In this document: piece after piece, positions 9,403-17,807 of the stretch | Position numbering within the stretch: the stretch's first letter is position 1 | Layout: every line of letters begins with the position of its first letter | Source of the DNA: an uncultured Chloroflexia bacterium | GTDB lineage: Bacteria > Chloroflexota > Ktedonobacteria > Ktedonobacterales > JADMIN01 | Reading direction: 5' to 3' | Length of the DNA stretch: 32,000 nucleotides | Assembly: GCA_963718915.1 (NCBI GenBank) | Contig: CAVRAI010000003.1 | Span: 870,001 to 902,000, forward strand | Made by a program: the position numbers and the translations under genes | Notes under the pieces: model-generated | Told to the model about the DNA's origin: nothing | Seen by the model: only the letters and a program-made list of their open reading frames with translations | Database searches by the model: none

Positions 9403-9921
9403 TCAGTTGAGAAATAGCGTCATCATCTCTTCGTCGAAGTAGCGGTCGCCGATCTTGAGCGCGTTACGCTCCAGTCCAAACGGCTCGAAGCCCATGGCGA
9501 GGTAGAGGTTCCGCGCGGGAGTATTCGTCACGTTGACGGCGAGCAGCAGTTGCTCGATGCCGGATGTTGCGCGTGCGTGCGCGATGGCGGCTGCGAGGAG
9601 CATCTTTCCCAGCCCACGGCCGCGTACCTCCGGCGCAACGTACATGCTGATGATATCCGCCTTATGCTCCGATTTGACACCATCGTTCCGGAAAAGCCGG
9701 ACCATACCGGCCAGCCTGCCTATGTCGTCGAAGCCACCGAAAGCGGTCATGCCGTCGCCCTGGAGCCGCGCAACCGTCTGCTCCAGCGGGCGCGTGTTCT
9801 CTTCCTCCCAGGATGAGCCGAACGCCTCTGGCTCCTCCCGCAACGCGCGCAATCGCAGCGCTCTGAACTCCTCGGCGTCATCCGCCATCAGAATGCGTAT
9901 CTCCAAAATGCGCGCTCCCAT
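9403..9921 (-). CDS. GNAT family N-acetyltransferase
   Basis: 172 aa with the acetyl-CoA motif VAPEVRGRGLGKMLL (R/Q-x-x-G-x-G/A). Confidence 0.85.
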   Translation of the reverse strand: MGARILEIRILMADDAEEFRALRLRALREEPEAFGSSWEEENTRPLEQTVARLQGDGMTAFGGFDDIGRLAGMVRLFRNDGVKSEHKADIISMYVAPEVRGRGLGKMLLAAAIAHARATSGIEQLLLAVNVTNTPARNLYLAMGFEPFGLERNALKIGDRYFDEEMMTLFLN

Positions 9922-10011
9922 CGCAACACGATGAACGTCCTTCGACTGAATTATCCCGCATCAGTATGCGCCAACCTCAGCCACACTGTCCATGCATGGG
10001 CTATTCGCGTG

Positions 10012-10602
10012 CTAGTCCCCAATCAGCGACATGAACTCGGCCCGGGTGGCCGCGCCGCGCTGAAAGACGCCGCGCATGGCGCTGGTGACGGTCTGACTAC
10101 CAGGTTTGCGAATGCCGCGCATCGTCATACAGAGGTGATTTGCCCGGATCACGATGCCGACGCCAGCGGGTTCGAGCGCCGACATGATAGCGTCGGCAAG
10201 CTGGCTGGAGAGGCGTTCCTGAAGTTGGGGGCGGCGTGCGAGGATTTCGAGGGCGCGGGCCAATTTCGAGAGGCCGACGACACGCCCGTTGGGAATATAG
10301 CCGACATGCGCGACGCCATGAAACGGCAGAAAGTGGTGCTCGCACATACTGTAAAAGGGGATATCCTTGACGATGACCATCTCCTGATGGCCCTCCTCGA
10401 AGCCCACGCGGAGCACATCCTCCGGATCCTGGTGCAGACCGGCAAACACCTCGGCGTACATATCGGCCACCCGGCGCGGCGTCTCGCGCAGCCCCTCGCG
10501 CTCGGGGTCTTCGCCGAGCGCCAGAATAATCTCGCGCACGGCGCGGCGCATGCGGGCTATATCAAACGGTTTTGGCTCAATCTCGCGTTCCGGAACTGCC
10601 AT
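10012..10602 (-). CDS. folE: GTP cyclohydrolase I
   Basis: Signature [10 protein letters not shown] and [22 protein letters not shown]. Start trimmed to ATG 10600-10602 (MAVPERE...). TATACT on the minus strand (plus 10694-10699) is a possible -10. Confidence 0.92.
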   Translation of the reverse strand: MAVPEREIEPKPFDIARMRRAVREIILALGEDPEREGLRETPRRVADMYAEVFAGLHQDPEDVLRVGFEEGHQEMVIVKDIPFYSMCEHHFLPFHGVAHVGYIPNGRVVGLSKLARALEILARRPQLQERLSSQLADAIMSALEPAGVGIVIRANHLCMTMRGIRKPGSQTVTSAMRGVFQRGAATRAEFMSLIGD

Positions 10603-10929
10603 CTTCTTTCTCCATCTCCATCCATGTCTACCCGTTCGGAATACAGCATCGCTGCATGGGTCTCCGTCAGGCTCTCTTTGCTTCACATTTGATAGTATAG
10701 CGCCGGGTTACATCTCATTGCGATGCGGCCCGTGCGAATGGGTACAACGCGCCTGCCAGTCCGCTCCACAAACCGTGGCCACAATGGCCCAGAGGTATGT
10801 TATACTATGTACAATTCCGCCGCAGTGTCGCGTACGCGGATGCCTGAGCTTCCGGCGATGCACGGTAGCGCGAAGTTGCGCACCGAGGCCTGTATTACCT
10901 TGCGCTGTTATGCGAGAGGGAGGCCCGAG

Positions 10930-11160
10930 ATGCGTTGTGAAGAGTGTGGTCGCGTGATCGATAATGTCGAGATGTGGCGACTCGGCGGCGACCCGAATGC
11001 GCCAACGTCGCGTTCGATGCTTCAGATGTGCTGGGAATGCCGGATGAAGGGCGTGCCGAACCATCGGCAGCAGGCGGAAGGGGCGCCAGTCGCGCTCAGT
11101 GAGACGGCAATCGCCGATATCAATGAGGCGGCGCGCGCGTTCCAGCCAGGCGCGGCATAG
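10930..11160 (+). CDS. Small zinc-ribbon-like protein (CxxC...CxxC), 76 aa, function unknown
   Basis: ATG 10930 is preceded by GAGGGAGG. It contains CEECG and CWEC pairs and is followed by a terminator. It lies inside the longer ORF 10723..11160. Confidence 0.55.
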   Translation: MRCEECGRVIDNVEMWRLGGDPNAPTSRSMLQMCWECRMKGVPNHRQQAEGAPVALSETAIADINEAARAFQPGAA

Positions 11161-11202
11161 GTTGTTCGCTCTGTAGCGTGGGTTTGTAGTCACGTGTATG
11201 GT

Positions 11203-11236
11203 GAGGCGTCTCTCTTGAGGGACGCCTCCTGTTTTT
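11203..11236 (+). terminator. Rho-independent terminator
   Basis: GAGGCGTC (11203-11210) and GACGCCTC (11221-11228) form an 8-bp stem, followed by CTGTTTTT. Confidence 0.6.
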
Positions 11237-11290
11237 CCCCGTAGGAAAGCGCCGCTCAAGAGGTCAACACCAACAGATGGGAACGAGAAA

Positions 11291-11743
11291 GTGATGATAC
11301 CACCAGATCAGGACTTTGTGGCGCGCGTGCGAAGTAGCTTTGGCCGGCAACAAGTCATGGCGCTGCTGGGCGCCCAGATGACTGAGGTGCAGGCTGGCAT
11401 GACGAAGATCGTGCTGCTATTTTGCGAAGCGCTGACGCAACAGCATGGATTTGTCCATGCGGGCATCATCACCGCCATTGCCGATTCCGCCTGTGGCTAT
11501 GCCGCACTGAGCCTGATGCCGCCGGACGTGGGGGTTCTGACCATCGAGTTTAAGGTCAATCTGCTCAACCCAGCGGCGGGCGAGCGTTTCGTGGCGCGAG
11601 GCCAAGTGATGAAGCCAGGGCGCACGATTATGGTCTGTACAGGCGAAGTGGTCGCCGAGCGCGCGGATGGCGCCCAGCAGACGGTAGCTCTGATACAGGC
11701 GACGATGATGGTCGTGCGTGACCGCCCTGCCGTCTCCGATTAG
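11291..11743 (+). CDS. PaaI-family (hotdog fold) thioesterase
   Basis: 150 aa. QQHGFVHAGIITAIADSACGYAA and TIEFKVNLLNPA are typical of PaaI/YigI-type thioesterases. Confidence 0.8.
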   Translation: MMIPPDQDFVARVRSSFGRQQVMALLGAQMTEVQAGMTKIVLLFCEALTQQHGFVHAGIITAIADSACGYAALSLMPPDVGVLTIEFKVNLLNPAAGERFVARGQVMKPGRTIMVCTGEVVAERADGAQQTVALIQATMMVVRDRPAVSD

Positions 11744-11774
11744 AGCGCTATTTAAGGCGACGGTGAGAATGATG

Positions 11775-12572
11775 TTACTCCGCCGCGATGCCGCCATCCA
11801 CGAGGAAAAGCTGACCCGTGGCGAAGCTGGAGGCGTCGGAGGCGAGGTAGAGCGCGATCCCGGCGATTTCGTGTGGCTGGCCGGGACGGCCCAGCGGCGT
11901 CGCCTGCCGGATCGCGTTGCCAAAGTAGGGATGCTCCAGCACCCCGGCGGTCATGTCGGTGGCGATGTAGCCAGGGGCGATGGCGTTGACGCGGATATGG
12001 TGTCTGGCCCATTCGAGCGCGAAGGTGCGGGTGAGCTGCGCGATGGCGGCCTTGCTCGCGCCGTAGACCGCCATCCGTGGCGTCCCTACCACCGACGCGA
12101 CCGACGCCAGCGTGATAATCGAGCCGCCGCCCTGCTCGGCCATCCGTGCGGCGACGTTGGCGCAGAGGAAGAAGGTGGCCTTCACATTGGTCGTCATGAT
12201 GGCATCCCACTCGTCCTCGGTGACCTCCGTGCTGCGCTTCCAGATCGGGCTGATCCCCGCGTTGCTCACCAGCACATCGAGCTTGCCAAACGCCTCGTAG
12301 ACCTGATCGACCGCCTGCCCCAGCTCATCCAGCTTCGTCAGGTCGGCGGTGACGGTGACCGCCTGCCGTCCCCGCGCGCGTACCTCATCCGCCACCTGCT
12401 CCAGCTGATCCGCCGAGCGCGAGACGAGCGCCACATCCGCGCCCGCATCGGCCAGCGCCAGGGCGATGACGCGCCCCAGCCCACGGCTCGCGCCCGTCAC
12501 CAGCGCATGTCGCCCGGCAAGCGAAAACTGGTCGAAGACACTCGGTGTCTTGGCGGATGTCTCCTCAGACAT
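11775..12572 (-). CDS. SDR family oxidoreductase (FabG-like)
   Basis: TGASRGLG cofactor motif, NAG, and catalytic YGASKAA (YxxxK). GGGAGG lies upstream of ATG 12572. Confidence 0.9.
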   Translation of the reverse strand: MSEETSAKTPSVFDQFSLAGRHALVTGASRGLGRVIALALADAGADVALVSRSADQLEQVADEVRARGRQAVTVTADLTKLDELGQAVDQVYEAFGKLDVLVSNAGISPIWKRSTEVTEDEWDAIMTTNVKATFFLCANVAARMAEQGGGSIITLASVASVVGTPRMAVYGASKAAIAQLTRTFALEWARHHIRVNAIAPGYIATDMTAGVLEHPYFGNAIRQATPLGRPGQPHEIAGIALYLASDASSFATGQLFLVDGGIAAE

Positions 12573-12616
12573 GGCTGATGCCTCCCTGTGGCTCTTGTCC
12601 CTGGCGAGCCGAAAGT

Positions 12617-13780
12617 TTACCCGGCGATGCTGCGCACATGCTCCGGGTTGCGGGCGGTCATGATCTCGTAGCCATCGGCGGTGACGAGCACCATATCCTC
12701 CAGCCGGACGCCGCCCCAGCCGGGAATGTAGATGCCTGGCTCGTTGCTGATGACGCTGTCCGGCTCCAGTTGCTCGATCTTGGCCATCTCGGCGTCGGAC
12801 TCCGGCGTCTGCACGCGCAGCTTCGCGGTGACGGGCAGCTCGTGAATCGCCAGCCCGATGCCATGGCCCAGGCTGTGGAAGTATTGCTCGCCGTAGCCCG
12901 CGTCTTCGATGACCTTGCGCGCCGCCGCATCCACATCACGCCCTTTACGCACGCCATCGGCCAGCGCCTTGAAGCCCGCGTCCTGCGCCTCACGGACGAT
13001 GGCATAGAGCTCGACCAGCTTCGCATCAGGCTCGCCGATGCAGAAGGTGCGGGTGGTGTCGGAGCAGTAGCCGTCCACGCGGCAGCCGAAGTCGATGAGC
13101 AGCGGCTCGCCCGGGCGCACCGGTCGGTCGGTGGGGACGGCGTGAGGCTGCGCGCCGCCGGGTCCGCAGGCGACGATGGTGGAGAAGCTGGTACCGCTGG
13201 CGCCCAGTTCGACCATATGCTGCTCCAGCAGGGTGGCAATCTCGCGCTCGGTCATGCCCACCTTGATCTCGGTCAGCAGTTGCTCGAATGCCTGATCGGC
13301 GACATCGGCGGCGCGGCGCATCGTGGCGATTTCCGCCGCGTCCTTGACCGCGCGCACTAGTTCGACCAGACTATCTGAGGGGATCAACTCGGCGTCCGCG
13401 CCAATCTCATTGCGCAGGCGGCTATAGCGGTCGTAGGATATCCACGACTTCTCGAATCCGAGCCGCTTTGTCCCGTCCGCTTTGATCGCCTCCGCGACCA
13501 CGCTCCACGGCAGCGCCTTATCGGTGGAGAGCACCTGCACGCCGCTCGGCACGATCTCATCCTCGACGCCGCTCAACTGAAACGTGCCCGCCACCAGGCC
13601 AAAGGTGTTCGGCGTCACCAGCACCCAGCCCGACGACTCGGTGATGTCACCATCGTGGGCGGTGAAGCCCGTCAGATAGCGCCGATTATACTGGCTCGTG
13701 ATGAGTAGGCCATCCAGCCCGGCCCGCGCAATCGCCGCGCGCGTCCGCGCCAGTCGCTGTCCGTAGTCTGCCTCTGCCAT
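12617..13780 (-). CDS. pepP: M24 family Xaa-Pro aminopeptidase
   Basis: Creatinase-like N-domain plus M24 core (DFGCRVDGYCSDTTRT, HSLGHGIGLAIHE, NEPGIY). Start trimmed to ATG 13778-13780 (MAEADYG...). Confidence 0.9.
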   Translation of the reverse strand: MAEADYGQRLARTRAAIARAGLDGLLITSQYNRRYLTGFTAHDGDITESSGWVLVTPNTFGLVAGTFQLSGVEDEIVPSGVQVLSTDKALPWSVVAEAIKADGTKRLGFEKSWISYDRYSRLRNEIGADAELIPSDSLVELVRAVKDAAEIATMRRAADVADQAFEQLLTEIKVGMTEREIATLLEQHMVELGASGTSFSTIVACGPGGAQPHAVPTDRPVRPGEPLLIDFGCRVDGYCSDTTRTFCIGEPDAKLVELYAIVREAQDAGFKALADGVRKGRDVDAAARKVIEDAGYGEQYFHSLGHGIGLAIHELPVTAKLRVQTPESDAEMAKIEQLEPDSVISNEPGIYIPGWGGVRLEDMVLVTADGYEIMTARNPEHVRSIAG

Positions 13781-13938
13781 GGGATATGTTGTCCTCTCCA
13801 AACTCTGGGATTTTCTGGATTCGTCCCGCGAACGCCCGCTGGGAACCTGCTGTTCAGTATGATAGCAGTATGACATGCATCTGCCACAGTGCGCCAGCCA
13901 TCACTGCTGAACCGCCGTCCTGTGAGGCGCAGCAGCGA

Positions 13939-14376
13939 CTATTCCGGTTGGTGGCCCGCAACCAGCGTGCGGTAGCGCAGGACGAGGAAGATGATGAACG
14001 CGAACCCACACACCATATTGAGATAGCCAATCGCAAAGACCGTGAAGAGCAGCGGATCGCGATTTTGCAGGTGGAAGAACGGCGCGAAGCCATGCGCCAC
14101 CTGATTGGCCATATTGAGGAAATAGAAGACGAACTCGGCCAGCAAGAAGGTGAGCAGGAGCCAGTAGCCCGCCCGGCTGCCACGCCGCGCCAGCAACGTC
14201 CACCCAAGCAGAAACCAGGCGAACGTCGCCACGAGCAGCGATGTGCCAAAGAGCGGCGGTAGCGCATGGTGCGGCAGATAGTAGAGATAGAGATAATAGG
14301 GGATTTGCGCCAGATAGTTTGCCCCAACGACCGCGAGAATGGCGTACATCACGGCCTTGTTCGCCGGAATCTTCAT
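13939..14376 (-). CDS. Hypothetical 4-TM membrane protein
   Basis: Hydrophobic ORF. ATG 14374-14376 (MKIPANK...) has GGAGAG just upstream. I recognise no family. Confidence 0.6.
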   Translation of the reverse strand: MKIPANKAVMYAILAVVGANYLAQIPYYLYLYYLPHHALPPLFGTSLLVATFAWFLLGWTLLARRGSRAGYWLLLTFLLAEFVFYFLNMANQVAHGFAPFFHLQNRDPLLFTVFAIGYLNMVCGFAFIIFLVLRYRTLVAGHQPE

Positions 14377-14607
14377 GCTACTCTCCATGCGCCAGACAAA
14401 GCATCGGATCAACGTTATAAACAAGCCGCCAGTTAACGTCCTCGCTTGTGTTCTTCTGGCCGACGTGCCACCACATTGCCATTGTACGTCACAGGCAGCC
14501 GAAACGTTGCTCGGTTCGTCGCATGATTGTCACATGACTGTCGCGAATATGTCGCAGGGAATGTCAGGCATATGCGATTTGGTCTCGATTCTTGCCGCAA
14601 GTCGGCT

Positions 14608-14871
14608 TTAATGTCGTACCAGCACCTGTGATGGCTCAATAATAACGAGCGTGTTCTGCAAGGATTGGCCAACCAAACCTCGGAGTGCAGCCAGGATACG
14701 CTGCATCTTATTCTCACGCGACCAGTGCTGAGGCAGTTCGATCAGGATAACGCTGGGATGTGGCAGTGGGAACTGGCTGGTGTCGCGTTCAAGATCATGA
14801 TCCTGCGTGATGAGCGTGGCGTTTGCAGTTCGAGCATATGCGAAAATGTCGGCATCTGGACGTGTCCGCAA
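14608..14871 (-). pseudogene. DUF5615-like (PIN-related) toxin homologue, 5'-degraded
   Basis: GYDAEHAYDVGL...DADIFAYA...LITQDHDL...SVILIEL matches the DUF5615 pattern. The only in-frame start is TTG 14871, which removes the N-terminus. The frame stays open up to the antitoxin's TAG (14926-14928). Confidence 0.55.
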
Positions 14872-14925
14872 TCCGACATCATAGGCATGTTCGGCATCAT
14901 AGCCTTCACCTGTGACGCTGAACTG

Positions 14926-15156
14926 CTAGTTGGCAGCATATACAGTGGTGGAGCTGAGCATCTGCGCTGCGTAGCCAAGGGCAGCGCGAATCTGCTCATC
15001 CGTCAGGTGATAGTCCTGTCTGATGTCCTCAAAGGAGGAGCCGCCCGCCAGTTCACCAACCACCACTTCGACAGGCACGCGCGTCTCAGCAATCACTGGA
15101 CGTCCGTGGATGACCTGTGGATCAACGGTAATCCCAGGAAATATCTCTTTTGCCAT
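14926..15156 (-). CDS. DUF433 antitoxin-like protein
   Basis: 76 aa. ITVDPQVIHGRPVIAETRVPVEVVVGELAGGSSFEDIRQDYHLTDEQIRAAL is the DUF433 signature. Confidence 0.8.
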   Translation of the reverse strand: MAKEIFPGITVDPQVIHGRPVIAETRVPVEVVVGELAGGSSFEDIRQDYHLTDEQIRAALGYAAQMLSSTTVYAAN

Positions 15157-15208
15157 CTGCTTCTCCTCGCCAACTGATGGAGGCGCCTATACGTGCTGAC
15201 GTATTGAC

Positions 15209-15317
15209 ATTCTACCTCACGCGGCCAGCGGTACGTATTCGCGGTCACAGAGCCTTAGCCCTGCTCATCCCGGAGGCGCACGATGTGGATATCGGCGCAG
15301 AGTGGCGCGCGCAGCAG
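15209..15317. repeat. 109-bp direct repeat, copy A (a relic of the KdpD-N 3' end plus a TAGAAT promoter element)
   Basis: 105/109 identical to 16100-16208, with 4 transition mismatches. On the minus strand it encodes ...LLRAPLCADIHIVRLRDEQG-stop, identical to the C-terminus of the gene at 16146..17378. It ends in TAGAAT (plus 15209-15214). Confidence 0.9.
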
Positions 15318-15336
15318 CCTGATTCCTAGACAAGCG

Positions 15337-15780
15337 CTAATGAGAAAGGTAGTTGCTAATCTCGCCCGGCTCTATCGCGCGAATCGGCGACATCGCGAAT
15401 CCAGCGACGTCGCGCGTGACGATGAGTTGAAGCCCCACTGTTTGAGCGCATGCCATCTGTACATCATCTTCAAAGTCGGGGCCTGATAGCGCACGCGCCG
15501 CGAGTAGCACCTCGCGCGTGACGGCAACGATACCGAATTCTCGCAGGCATGCATCCACGCCTGCCAGAGCATCCGCGCCACCAACAATGCGGCGTCCGAT
15601 ATAGAAAATATCTGTTAGCGTTGAGGCGGCCAGATAGGCTACGAGAAGGCCAGTCGTACGCGCTTGCCAGAGATCCGCGGCCTGATCGAACCAGGGCTGG
15701 CGTTGGAGAATCCGATCCAGGACAACATTTGTATCTAACAACACACGAAGCGGCTCGGAGGTTGGCCGATCAGCCACCAT
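15337..15780 (-). CDS. vapC: PIN-domain toxin
   Basis: LLDTNVVLD..., IVTRD and conserved acidic residues of the PIN fold. ATG 15780 overlaps the antitoxin stop by 11 nt. Confidence 0.85.
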   Translation of the reverse strand: MVADRPTSEPLRVLLDTNVVLDRILQRQPWFDQAADLWQARTTGLLVAYLAASTLTDIFYIGRRIVGGADALAGVDACLREFGIVAVTREVLLAARALSGPDFEDDVQMACAQTVGLQLIVTRDVAGFAMSPIRAIEPGEISNYLSH

Positions 15781-16030
15781 ATTTCTCCATCTTGTGCTCA
15801 TCGAGCCACCGCGCCACAGTCGCGTCATCGGGAGGAGTCTGCTCTTCCCTGGCGAATATGCCTGTCAGGCGATAGGTATCAGGCTCTGCCAGCGGCTCAG
15901 CTCGCGCGCTGGGTTGAGTGGTCGCTATGGCATGGCGCAAGATTGCCTCAGCCAGCGCCAACTGCTCATCACGCTGCCAGGTTGCGACGATTTGCAAGAT
16001 GGTATCTCGGTCAAACGTCGGTATAGCCAT
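15770..16030 (-). CDS. Putative VapB-type antitoxin
   Basis: 86-aa ORF immediately upstream of, and overlapping, the PIN gene. The call rests on position; I recognise no family. Confidence 0.6.
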   Translation of the reverse strand: MAIPTFDRDTILQIVATWQRDEQLALAEAILRHAIATTQPSARAEPLAEPDTYRLTGIFAREEQTPPDDATVARWLDEHKMEKYGG

Positions 16031-16099
16031 ATCTGAACTCGCTTACTCCAATGACATCAATGCTGGAATCAGGCATCTGCGCTGTATACCCATGCCTGT

Positions 16100-16208
16100 A
16101 TTCTATCTCACACGGCCAGCGGTATGTATTCGCGGTCACAGAGCCTTAGCCTTGCTCATCCCGGAGGCGCACGATGTGGATATCGGCGCAGAGTGGCGCG
16201 CGCAGCAG
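16100..16208. repeat. 109-bp direct repeat, copy B (the authentic 3' end of the KdpD-N gene plus a TAGAAT promoter element)
   Basis: See copy A. It covers the last 21 codons plus stop of the 16146..17378 gene and 46 nt downstream. TAGAAT (minus strand) is at plus 16100-16105, 70 nt upstream of the vapB start. Confidence 0.9.
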
Positions 16209-17378
16209 GCGCTGGGCGACCGAGGGACGCAGCAACTCCTGCCACCAGCGACGCGGGGCGGGCTGCCCAATGACGATTTGCGTCACATGCCGCTCGCGGG
16301 CAAGCGAGACCAGCGCCGACGCCACATCCGCGCCCTCGATACAAAGCGCCTCGGCGCCCAAATCTTCCGCCAGGCGACGCGCCTCCGCCAGGGTGGCATC
16401 CTGGTCGCAGATCGCCAGATGGCCTGGCGGCACAACCGCTACCGCGAGCAACTGCGCCTTCAGGCCGCGCGCCAACCGCCAACCGCTACGCATGAGCCAG
16501 CGCGCATTGGGCTGCTTGTGGAAGGCAACCATCACCAGCGCGCCGGGTGTCGTTCGCGTCATGCCATGATCGCGTTCATCCTGCTCCTCCATGAGCATTT
16601 CCAGCTGCGTCTCGGTCTTTTCGGCGACACGGCGGAGCGCCAGATCGCGCAGGGCAGTGAGGTTACCCTGCGAAAAGTAGTTCGCCAGCGCGCGCTCGGC
16701 CCGCTCCGGGGGATAGACATTGCCATGACGCAACCGCGAACGTAGCGCATCGGGCGCGATGTCCACCAGTTCCACCTCGTCGGCCTCATCCAGCACGCGG
16801 TCGGGCACTGTCTCACGCTGGCGCACGCCGGTTATCGCCTCGACGAGATCGTTCAACCCTTCAAGATGCTGAATATTGAGGGTGGAGATGACCGTGACGC
16901 CTGCCGCCAGCAATTCCTCGACATCCTGGTAGCGTTTGGCGTTGCGCGAGCCAGGCGCGTTACTATGCGCCAGTTCATCCACCAGCGCCACCTGGGGATG
17001 GCGTCGCAGCAGCGCATCGAGGTCCATCTCTTCGAGGGTGACGCCGCGATAGGTTACTGGCCGACGCGGGATGATCTCCAGGTCGCCAATCTGCGCCGCT
17101 GTCAGGGGGCGATGGTGCGGCTCGACGTAGCCGATGATGACATCCGTTCCTCGCGACTTGCGCCGCTGCCCTTCGTTGAGCATCGCGTAGGTTTTGCCAA
17201 CGCCAGCGGCCATGCCGAGGTATATCCGCAGCTTGCCCCGGTGCGCCTGACCAGACGGATGCTCCTCCGCTGTGGCAGCCGCGGTCGCGCCATAGGTCGC
17301 ATCGCGCAACTGATAGCGATCCAGCAGTTCATCGGCGCTGGGCCGCGCGCTTTCGGGCAGGCGTTCATCCGTGGACAC
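16146..17378 (-). CDS. kdpD: Stand-alone KdpD N-terminal sensor domain plus Usp domain protein (no TM or kinase part)
   Basis: Walker-A-like GMAAGVGKTYAML, then VDELAHSNAPGSRNAKRYQDVEELL and TLNIQHLEGLND (KdpD N-domain). The C-terminal Usp-like part is followed directly by the stop. GTG start at 17378. Confidence 0.9.
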   Translation of the reverse strand: MSTDERLPESARPSADELLDRYQLRDATYGATAAATAEEHPSGQAHRGKLRIYLGMAAGVGKTYAMLNEGQRRKSRGTDVIIGYVEPHHRPLTAAQIGDLEIIPRRPVTYRGVTLEEMDLDALLRRHPQVALVDELAHSNAPGSRNAKRYQDVEELLAAGVTVISTLNIQHLEGLNDLVEAITGVRQRETVPDRVLDEADEVELVDIAPDALRSRLRHGNVYPPERAERALANYFSQGNLTALRDLALRRVAEKTETQLEMLMEEQDERDHGMTRTTPGALVMVAFHKQPNARWLMRSGWRLARGLKAQLLAVAVVPPGHLAICDQDATLAEARRLAEDLGAEALCIEGADVASALVSLARERHVTQIVIGQPAPRRWWQELLRPSVAQRLLRAPLCADIHIVRLRDEQG

Positions 17379-17387
17379 GATGGTTCG

Positions 17388-17777
17388 TCACCTTTCGTCC
17401 TTCTGGTGTTGGGCAGACACTGCCGCGCGATTGGCCTCTGGGGGAGACGCCGCTGATCGCGTCACATGGCGCGCCATCTGCCATGCGCCCGCTATGGTCT
17501 GGCGTATTCCCCTAAAAATGCGGATTCGCGTGGATGGGCGCCGCTGCTCGCGCTGCCACCGTGTCAGACGACGACGAGCCGATGCTGTTCGCTCCATCTC
17601 CTGAATTCCAGCCTGCTGGCCGGGTGTGGCGGGGACAAGCCGCGCGCCATCCCATACCCAGTATTCAATATCATGGTCGTCATCCCAAGGGTCAGGGTAC
17701 GGTGCGTCGGCACTATCCATCTCGTTTGTATCGCCCGGTATGTCGTTCCAGTTATTCCTATCGTCCCAGCTATTCAT
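17388..17777 (-). CDS. Hypothetical 129-aa protein (acidic Trp/Asp-rich N-half, basic C-half) inside the kdp operon
   Basis: This is the only sizeable minus-strand ORF in the 429-nt kdpC/kdpD-N gap. ATG 17777 has GGTGA upstream. No TM segment and no recognisable family. Codons in the N-half are AT-richer than in neighbouring genes. Confidence 0.5.
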   Translation of the reverse strand: MNSWDDRNNWNDIPGDTNEMDSADAPYPDPWDDDHDIEYWVWDGARLVPATPGQQAGIQEMERTASARRRLTRWQREQRRPSTRIRIFRGIRQTIAGAWQMARHVTRSAASPPEANRAAVSAQHQKDER

Positions 17778-17807
17778 ATGGCATCACCATGTTTCCCGCC
17801 AGACGCG

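Noticed and set aside
10603-10700. A THF or other folate-related riboswitch in the folE leader.
   Set aside because: There are only weak 4-bp hairpins and no recognisable conserved core. It is not supportable by eye.
10708-11259. 183-aa minus-strand ORF and 145-aa plus-strand ORF in the folE/zinc-ribbon spacer.
   Set aside because: The minus ORF runs through a plus-strand terminator and promoter-like AT-rich DNA. Only the last 76 codons of the plus ORF have an SD and a plausible (CxxC) product.
14430-16100. The TA islet as a mobile element carrying its own integrase or transposase.
   Set aside because: No recombinase-like ORF occurs in any frame. The only mobility trace is the 109-bp direct repeat.
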